In this document: piece by piece, positions 59,154-64,000 of the stretch
Position numbering within the stretch: position 1 is the stretch's first letter
How the letters are laid out: every line of letters starts with the position of its first letter
Source: a virus
Taxonomy: Duplodnaviria > Caudoviricetes
DNA: 64,000 bases
Strand: one strand, 5' to 3'
Virus record (IMG/VR): IMGVR_UViG_3300021364_000005
Made by a program: the position numbers and the translations under genes
The notes under the pieces: generated by a model
What the model saw: only the letters and a program-made list of their open reading frames with translations
What the model was told of the DNA's origin: nothing
Database searches by the model: none

Positions 59154-59241
59154 TTGTTTCTCCTTTTTGACGTTCTAAGTCTACGGGGTTGGTTCCCCAT
59201 AAGTCCTCATCAAGAGGTTCTCCTCTGACAATGTATTTATC
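59154..59241 (-). promoter_or_regulatory. Late promoter GATAAATA (59234-59241) and ~80-nt structured leader, possibly containing a 9-codon uORF
   Basis: AGAGG-AGAA-CCUCU; UAUGGGG-AACCAA-CCCCGUA; GAC/GUC or UUGAU/GUCAA; GAGGAG-N9-ATG AGG ACT TAT GGG GAA CCA ACC CCG TAG (59181-59210). Confidence 0.6.
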
Positions 59242-59277
59242 AAAAAAGAAAAAAGCTCGCACAGCGGCGAGCTTTTT
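59242..59277 (-). terminator. Rho-independent terminator (near-symmetric, possibly bidirectional) ending the putative ncRNA
   Basis: AAAAAGCTCGC-CGCTGT-GCGAGCTTTTT followed by further T-runs. Confidence 0.85.
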
Positions 59278-59280
59278 AAA

Positions 59281-59490
59281 TAAAAGGTGGGTGAAGGACT
59301 TGGGTATACCTCCAACTGCACGTCTAGATACCTGTCTATGTTACGTACAGAACCTTGCTCCGCTTAGTATTGCGATGTGCGTACTGCTTGTCTCCAAACT
59401 CTACGCCGGGCACTACCCCTAGCAAGTGCGCTTACCTTCTCTAGAAACAAAGTTATTAGCGCCAACCCATATAACAACGTCTTGTTATGT
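59281..59490 (-). ncRNA. Candidate ~200-nt structured non-coding RNA of unknown family
   Basis: Bounded by a sigma70 promoter and an intrinsic terminator. More GC-rich than its flanks, with no minus-strand ORF carrying a good SD. 5' hairpin AUAACAA-GACG-UUGUUAU; stems GCGCU/AGCGC, GGGU-AGU-GCCC, UAGA/UCUA and GGAGG/CCUUC; possible closing UGGGU/ACCCA. Confidence 0.6.
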
Positions 59491-59494
59491 TATT

Positions 59495-59522
59495 AATATA
59501 ACACAACTAAAATAAAAGTCAA
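59495..59522 (-). promoter_or_regulatory. Host sigma70-type promoter TTGACT-N16-TATATT with extended -10 (TGn)
   Basis: GGTTGACT TTTATTTTAGTTGTGT TATATT; the only clear sigma70 promoter I noticed in the window. Confidence 0.7.
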
Positions 59523-59605
59523 CCTTTTTTTAATAAAAAGTTAATCTTTTTTTCACGATGTTGTTTGATTAGTTGCTTGAAGCACCAAAACGTGAATCTA
59601 TCCAT
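59519..59605 (-). CDS. 28-aa basic peptide MDRFTFWCFKQLIKQHREKKINFLLKKG, downstream of the glutamine riboswitch (not in the ORF track)
   Basis: GAGGAG SD 7 nt before the ATG. The TGA stop overlaps the -35 box of the next promoter. Confidence 0.65.
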   Translation of the reverse strand: MDRFTFWCFKQLIKQHREKKINFLLKKG

Positions 59606-59634
59606 AACACTTCTCCTCGTTAAAGGTTAAAGTG

Positions 59635-59676
59635 CGTTCCTTCGCCTTATGCTACTTCCGTCCCGTAGGATGAACG
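59635..59676 (-). ncRNA. glnA RNA motif / glutamine-I riboswitch aptamer
   Basis: CGUUC A UCC-UACG-GGA CGGAAGUA GC-AUAAG-GC GAAG GAACG. P1 is CGUUC/GAACG, P2 has a UACG tetraloop, the junction is CGGAAGUA, and there is an E-loop AGUA/GAA. This is the architecture of the known glnA aptamer. Confidence 0.85.
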
Positions 59677-59682
59677 TAATAA

Positions 59683-59690
59683 TATTTAGT
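59683..59690 (-). promoter_or_regulatory. Late promoter ACTAAATA placing +1 at about the riboswitch 5' end
   Basis: TAAATA ends 6 nt upstream of aptamer P1, directly after the capsid terminator. Confidence 0.65.
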
Positions 59691-59720
59691 CAAAAAAATA
59701 GGCCCCGTAGGGCCTATTTC
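59691..59720 (-). terminator. Rho-independent terminator after the major capsid gene
   Basis: AATAGGCCC-TACG-GGGCCTATT followed by TTTTT. Confidence 0.9.
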
Positions 59721-59739
59721 TATTCTGTTAAAGCTAAAC

Positions 59740-60906
59740 TTAGCTAAAGCTAACTGCACCGTTAGTAATAGCAACTTTACCTAAGTAATCAGCTGCGTTA
59801 CCAAGCGATGATGCTGTGTTTGATAGCTCGACATATCCGTAACGTGTCATGAAGCTCACGACTGGCTCGAATGTGCCTGGATCAAGTACAACACCTGAAC
59901 TCATTAGCGGGATGTATGGGCAATAGAACGCTGGTGCGTCTGACTCGCTTGATCCTTTGTAACCAATAAGTACAGCTTCGCTGTCTGCTGCATATGAATC
60001 TACATATACACGCATTGCATTGTTTAGTGTACCAACCATTTTTGTGTTAGTTGGTGCTTCAAATGTTCCCTCAGTTGTACGTGCAAACGCTGAAGTTGTT
60101 GCAGACTGTAGGATTGTTAGTGCAAATGGGCTAACAACCGCATAGTTACCTGCGCCTCTACGTGTACGCTGAGCGATCAAGTTTGCAACTCTGTTGACTT
60201 GTACTGCTAGTGCAGCGTGTTCGTCACCAACGAATGTTGCAGTACCTGAAACTGCTGACTGATCATATGTTTCAGATGCTGTTCCAGCTAGTGAACGTAG
60301 TGAAGCAAGAACTTCTTGGTCGATCTCAGCAGTAATTTCCTGCGCAAGAGCTGCCATGATTTCAGCTTCAATATCGATACCATGCTGTGACTGTGCATCC
60401 TGAGCTGCCTCAAAGGTCCAACGTGCTGATAGCTTACGTGTTTTAGCTTCAACAGTTTGCTTTAAGATCTGAATGCTTAGTCTGTTACCAGCTACACCTT
60501 CTAGCGATCCTGTTGTGCTTGGAGCAGCAGAGGAGCTTGGTGCACCTGAATATGATTCAGCGATTTTGAACGGTGATAGAGCCTCTTCACCTGCTGTTGC
60601 GCCGTTGTTTCCATCAGCGTAACGAACACGTAAAGTGTGGATCTGACCAACTGGTCCTGTCATCGGCTGCACACCAACTAGTTCATTTGCAATGACTGTT
60701 GGCATAACACGTCTGATGACTGGTAAAATAACTCTGTTTAGAGTTGCGACATTACCGGCAGAAGTAGCACCAGCTGTAGCAGATTCTGAAAGATACTTGC
60801 GAGTATTTTCTAGTGTTGATTCCATTACAGCTTTCTTGTTGCCTTGTAGGCCTTCGACAAGAGCGGCTTTTGTTTCCTGCCAGCGACTTTCTAGTAGTTC
60901 TGACAT
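59740..60906 (-). CDS. gp23: Major capsid protein, T4 gp23 family (compact, 388 aa)
   Basis: RRVMPTVIANELVGVQPMTGPVGQIHTLR, VEAKTRKLSARWTFEAAQD, EITAEIDQE, FYCPYIPL and P.....TRYG are gp23 hallmarks; GGAG SD. Confidence 0.95.
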   Translation of the reverse strand: MSELLESRWQETKAALVEGLQGNKKAVMESTLENTRKYLSESATAGATSAGNVATLNRVILPVIRRVMPTVIANELVGVQPMTGPVGQIHTLRVRYADGNNGATAGEEALSPFKIAESYSGAPSSSAAPSTTGSLEGVAGNRLSIQILKQTVEAKTRKLSARWTFEAAQDAQSQHGIDIEAEIMAALAQEITAEIDQEVLASLRSLAGTASETYDQSAVSGTATFVGDEHAALAVQVNRVANLIAQRTRRGAGNYAVVSPFALTILQSATTSAFARTTEGTFEAPTNTKMVGTLNNAMRVYVDSYAADSEAVLIGYKGSSESDAPAFYCPYIPLMSSGVVLDPGTFEPVVSFMTRYGYVELSNTASSLGNAADYLGKVAITNGAVSFS

Positions 60907-60916
60907 TATAATCTCC

Positions 60917-62011
60917 TTAATTAATTCCAGCTAGACGTTTAATGTCCACGACATTATTATCGTCTGCCTTACTACTAACGTTAGTATTTTCTCTGTTGCC
61001 TGTTACTTCTTTGCCTTCTGTTAATGGTGCCTTCTGCTTTGCTGGAGTTTTACCGTCGATAACTGCCGGTAGGTACTTATCAAACGATTCACGAAGTTTC
61101 TTCGTTTGAACACTTTCCAGTAAGTCTGTCATGATTTCGCGCTGGTCTTTTCCTAATGGACCTACCAACTCGTTCATAATTTTGTTGCGTTCTGCTGATT
61201 CAATTAGTTGCATTTTTTCTGCTTCTTTTGATTCAGCTAGTGCTTTTGCTTCATCAGCTGCTGCTTTTGCTTCTGCAAGTTGTTGATCTTTAACATCTAC
61301 AACTTTTAGTAGTTTAGCAGTTTCACTCTTTTCGTTAAGATAAGAGTTTGTATATTCTGAAGCAAACGCTTCGAATAACTTACGACCGAAGTCGTTTTGA
61401 CGTGCAGTGTCAATGTCTTCTTTAAGAGCTGTAATTTCATTTTTCAATGTGTTTTGTACAGTTTCAGAAACCATTTTTGCACTGCGTTCAATGAACTTAG
61501 CTTTTACTTTGTTAATATGCTCTTTACCTTCGCGGATTAGGCGTACCTTAGTTTCGGCTAAATCTTTTTTGTCGATATCAAATTCTGCAATTTCTTTAGC
61601 TAGAGCCTCTACAACAAATTCTTCTAGTTTGGCAAAGTTTTCCGCCATTCTAACTTGATCTTCGTGTAGTTCGTTAATTTCTTTACCTAGCTGCTCCATT
61701 ACAAAACCTTTAAGTAGATCTGCATTTTCACGCTGAGCAACAGCATATTTTGCTTTTGCTTCAGCTAATTGTGCGCGATCTTCTACAAATTCTGCAACTT
61801 CTGCTGTTAGTTTTTCAGAAACCATTGCATCGATTGCTTCAACCATAGTTGCCTTGTCATGCTCGTATTTTTGAGCAAATTCCTCACGGAGTTCGGCAGT
61901 TACAGCTAAACGATTCTCTTGAATCTTAGCATTCCATGCTTCTTCGATTTGAGCTCTGATGTCTTCGGAAACTACGTCATTTTCAAATAGTGTCTTCAGT
62001 GCATCTATCAT
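60917..62011 (-). CDS. gp22: Prohead core scaffold protein (gp22-like), 364 aa
   Basis: Lies between protease and capsid genes; long Glu/Ala/Lys coiled coil. Start revised to ATG 62011 (AGGAG SD); the track used GTG 62029. Confidence 0.75.
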   Translation of the reverse strand: MIDALKTLFENDVVSEDIRAQIEEAWNAKIQENRLAVTAELREEFAQKYEHDKATMVEAIDAMVSEKLTAEVAEFVEDRAQLAEAKAKYAVAQRENADLLKGFVMEQLGKEINELHEDQVRMAENFAKLEEFVVEALAKEIAEFDIDKKDLAETKVRLIREGKEHINKVKAKFIERSAKMVSETVQNTLKNEITALKEDIDTARQNDFGRKLFEAFASEYTNSYLNEKSETAKLLKVVDVKDQQLAEAKAAADEAKALAESKEAEKMQLIESAERNKIMNELVGPLGKDQREIMTDLLESVQTKKLRESFDKYLPAVIDGKTPAKQKAPLTEGKEVTGNRENTNVSSKADDNNVVDIKRLAGIN

Positions 62012-62025
62012 TACATTCTCCTTGT

Positions 62026-62649
62026 TCACTGGAGTTTGTTGATTATGTTAATCAACGATTCTTTTAAGTATTTTTGTGCCTTGTCATCATGTTTTGTTGC
62101 CTGAGCTAATTCGTATGCCTTATATCCGCCACGAGCATTCATTAAATGTTCGTAGATTGGTGTTGGGTATGCACCAGGGGCGCTTGGTTGTGCCACAACG
62201 TCCACAGTGATTATTTCAAAGTCCGATACTTCACCGGACCCATCTTCTCTTACGTTACCAGATCCCCTAGAGGAGACACCTAGTTTAACTCCGCTTTCAA
62301 GCATTGTTTTAACTAACTGTCCCATAGGGGTTGGTAGAATTTTTAACTTGCCGTATCCGTTAGCATCGTCCATCCAAGTTTCAGATATCATATGACTAAC
62401 ACGATCTAAGTTAATATTAAGTCCTTCAGGATGATCAACTTCTCCGAGAACACTATATCCTCCATTAATTTGATCATTGAGAGTTTTGACAGCCCTGCCA
62501 ATTTCATTTACAGGATATACACGCTGGTTAGCATTACGTATACCACCTTGAATGATAATGCCCTTCATATAAAGGTCTTTACCTTCATTAGCAGACTCTA
62601 CAACCATCTTAGCCTGGTCGAATGTCAAGTTCTCTCGTAAGTTTTTCAT
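62026..62649 (-). CDS. gp21: Prohead maturation protease, T4 gp21 family
   Basis: N.NQRVYP, LGEVDHP, DRVSH, G.KLGVSSRGSG, D.V..PSAPGAY. Confidence 0.93.
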   Translation of the reverse strand: MKNLRENLTFDQAKMVVESANEGKDLYMKGIIIQGGIRNANQRVYPVNEIGRAVKTLNDQINGGYSVLGEVDHPEGLNINLDRVSHMISETWMDDANGYGKLKILPTPMGQLVKTMLESGVKLGVSSRGSGNVREDGSGEVSDFEIITVDVVAQPSAPGAYPTPIYEHLMNARGGYKAYELAQATKHDDKAQKYLKESLINIINKLQ

Positions 62650-62659
62650 ACCCTAGTCC

Positions 62660-63649
62660 TTACTTTGCTCTACGGCTGTCACCGTTGAGTGGGCTGTCTG
62701 CATCAGCTTTTGATGGAGCAGCACCTTTTTTCTCAGCACCGTGTCCTGGCTCAGTTTTACCAGCTTTTGCTGCTTTACCGCCTGGAACATTAACGTTACC
62801 TGCTGTTTCGTCTTTTGCGTTTAGATCACCTAAGCCTGCGTGGTCGCCTGCTTCGTTGTCTTTACCTTGTGCAATGTTTGCTGTAGTTCCGCCCATATCG
62901 TTTTTGCCTGCAACTACTGATTTTGAGTTTGCACCGTTGTCTCCCATTTTACCAAATCCTGGATACTGGTCGCCACCGATTTTTTCTACATACTCACGCA
63001 TTTCTTCAGCTGCTGACTTTGGCTGCTTTGATTCTTCGACTTCATCTTCTTCGTCTTCATCTTTGTCAGCTTCAAACGCATATGCTTCTTCTTCAGGCTT
63101 GTCCATGTCCATGTCCATGTCCATATCGCCTTCGTCGTCACCTTCGTCGTCGTCACCTTTGTCGTCGCCCATCATAGCTGCAAACTCATCTTTAAGCGCA
63201 TCAAGTGCTGCTTCAAGATCGTCAAGTGCTGCTTCTGCGCCTTCAGGGGCATCGCCTTCATCACCTGGTTCTTCATCACCCATATCGCCAAGCTCTTTTT
63301 CTAGCTCATCGGTTGGATCTGCTTCCATTGCTACTGGCTCATCCATAAACTCGTCTAGATCTTCGTCTGACTCATCTACTTCTTCGTCTGTTGCTTCATC
63401 AAGGTCTTCGTCTGACTCGTCTACTTCTTCGTCAGCTGCTTCGTCTAGATCTTCATCTGACTCATCAACTTCTTCTTCTGACTCATCTACTTCTTCGTCA
63501 GTTGTTTCTTCAACTTCTTCGTCCTCTAAAAGACCTTCGTAAATTTCTCTTGATTTTTCTACCACAATCTCGTGGAATAGTTCTTCAGCACCTTCTTTAT
63601 CTTCGTTGATTAGGCGCTCAAGCATTTCTTCAAATTTGTTTGTTGACAT
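62660..63649 (-). CDS. Highly acidic 329-aa prohead core/internal protein
   Basis: Asp/Glu-rich with repeated EEVDESDEDLDE and DMDMDMD; directly upstream of the protease; AGGAG SD and TAAATA promoter. Confidence 0.75.
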   Translation of the reverse strand: MSTNKFEEMLERLINEDKEGAEELFHEIVVEKSREIYEGLLEDEEVEETTDEEVDESEEEVDESDEDLDEAADEEVDESDEDLDEATDEEVDESDEDLDEFMDEPVAMEADPTDELEKELGDMGDEEPGDEGDAPEGAEAALDDLEAALDALKDEFAAMMGDDKGDDDEGDDEGDMDMDMDMDKPEEEAYAFEADKDEDEEDEVEESKQPKSAAEEMREYVEKIGGDQYPGFGKMGDNGANSKSVVAGKNDMGGTTANIAQGKDNEAGDHAGLGDLNAKDETAGNVNVPGGKAAKAGKTEPGHGAEKKGAAPSKADADSPLNGDSRRAK

Positions 63650-63695
63650 TGCTTTCTCCTATAAATGTATTATCCTATGGCTAGGCTGTCAATAG

Positions 63696-63703
63696 TATTT
63701 AAC
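63696..63703 (-). promoter_or_regulatory. Late promoter GTTAAATA of the head operon
   Basis: About 46 nt upstream of the ATG at 63649; the leader contains a CCUA-GCCA-UAGG hairpin. Confidence 0.6.
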
Positions 63704-63725
63704 ATTATGAGGGAAATATGCGTAG

Positions 63726-63750
63726 AAATAGGCTCAAAACGAGCCATTTT
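63726..63750 (-). terminator. Possible weak terminator hairpin
   Basis: GGCTC-GTTTT-GAGCC followed by TATTT. Confidence 0.4.
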
Positions 63751-63780
63751 GCTTAATCTAAAGGTATTTACCATATAGAT

Positions 63781-64000
63781 TTAATCATTATACACTAGTT
63801 TTTTATGAAAAAAGTCATTTATTCTTTGTTGCTCTACACCTTTTGAGCATGATTGTAAGCAACGATAGCATACATTTTCTTTACTTGTAAAACTTTTTGG
63901 CAAATAATTTACAAAAAAATCATGTTCTAATAAGTTTTTAAAATTATTTGTTTGCAGATCATTAAAATTCTTTCCGTAAAGTTTTTCTATATTTTTCCAC
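63781..64000 (-). CDS. C-terminal 72 aa of a protein entering from the right edge; probable radical-SAM SPASM/Twitch-type tail
   Basis: WKNIEKLYGKNFNDLQTNNFKNLLEHDFFVNYLPKSFTSKENVCYRCLQSCSKGVEQQRINDFFHKKLVYND*, with a CxxCxxxC motif. The N-terminal radical-SAM core is not visible, so the family call is tentative. Confidence 0.5.
   Translation of the reverse strand, partial: WKNIEKLYGKNFNDLQTNNFKNLLEHDFFVNYLPKSFTSKENVCYRCLQSCSKGVEQQRINDFFHKKLVYND

Noticed and set aside
59169-59213. Hammerhead-like UUGAUGAG...GAAC
   Set aside because: The core is not CUGAUGA/GAAA, and stems II and III cannot be formed properly.
59350-59390. Pistol- or twister-like words (UAAGCG, CCCAAG)
   Set aside because: The required P1, pseudoknot and AAAUA linker (pistol) or the T1/T2 partners (twister) are missing.
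59189-59422. 77-aa plus-strand ORF in the track
   Set aside because: It crosses a terminator and a leader, has no SD, and opposes the local promoters.
59281-59470. tmRNA-like hints in the candidate ncRNA: 5' GGG, 3' CCACC, a reading frame ANNFVSREGKRTC*, and a GGUAGUG loop
   Set aside because: The acceptor stem is mismatched, there is no T-arm adjacent to the 3' end and no pk1 before the resume codon, the tag does not end in AA, and the RNA is short. Kept as an unknown ncRNA.
63101-63124. (GTCCAT)4 microsatellite
   Set aside because: It is in-frame and encodes DMDMDMD in the acidic protein, so it cannot shift the frame and is not a phase-variation switch.
1-64000. Stop-codon reassignment, as seen in some large phages
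   Set aside because: Genes are full-length and tightly packed under the standard bacterial code, and TAA, TAG and TGA all end ORFs.

Overview
AT-rich fragment of a large tailed dsDNA phage of the T4 superfamily, distantly related to T4 and probably aquatic. All credible genes are on the minus strand. Transcription runs from the right end: C-terminus of a probable radical-SAM/SPASM protein, an acidic prohead protein, gp21-like prohead protease, gp22-like scaffold, then a compact gp23-like major capsid protein. A ~550-bp regulatory island follows, and then ~59 kb of contiguous baseplate/fibre/adhesin genes, including proteins of 3564, 2884, 2122, 2063, 1704, 1426, >1327 and 1125 aa built from shared, shuffled modules. 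The best find is the island at 59154-59720. It holds a late promoter, a glnA-type (glutamine-I) riboswitch, an unannotated 28-aa basic peptide ORF whose SD can be sequestered, a sigma70 promoter driving a ~200-nt ORF-less RNA with its own terminator, and a structured leader. Several fibre genes also carry structured or sequence-conserved leaders, and three virion-type proteins contain type-1-copper (cupredoxin) motifs. I found no tRNA, rRNA, CRISPR array, integrase, transposase or reverse transcriptase. Family assignments come from motif recognition, not database searches.
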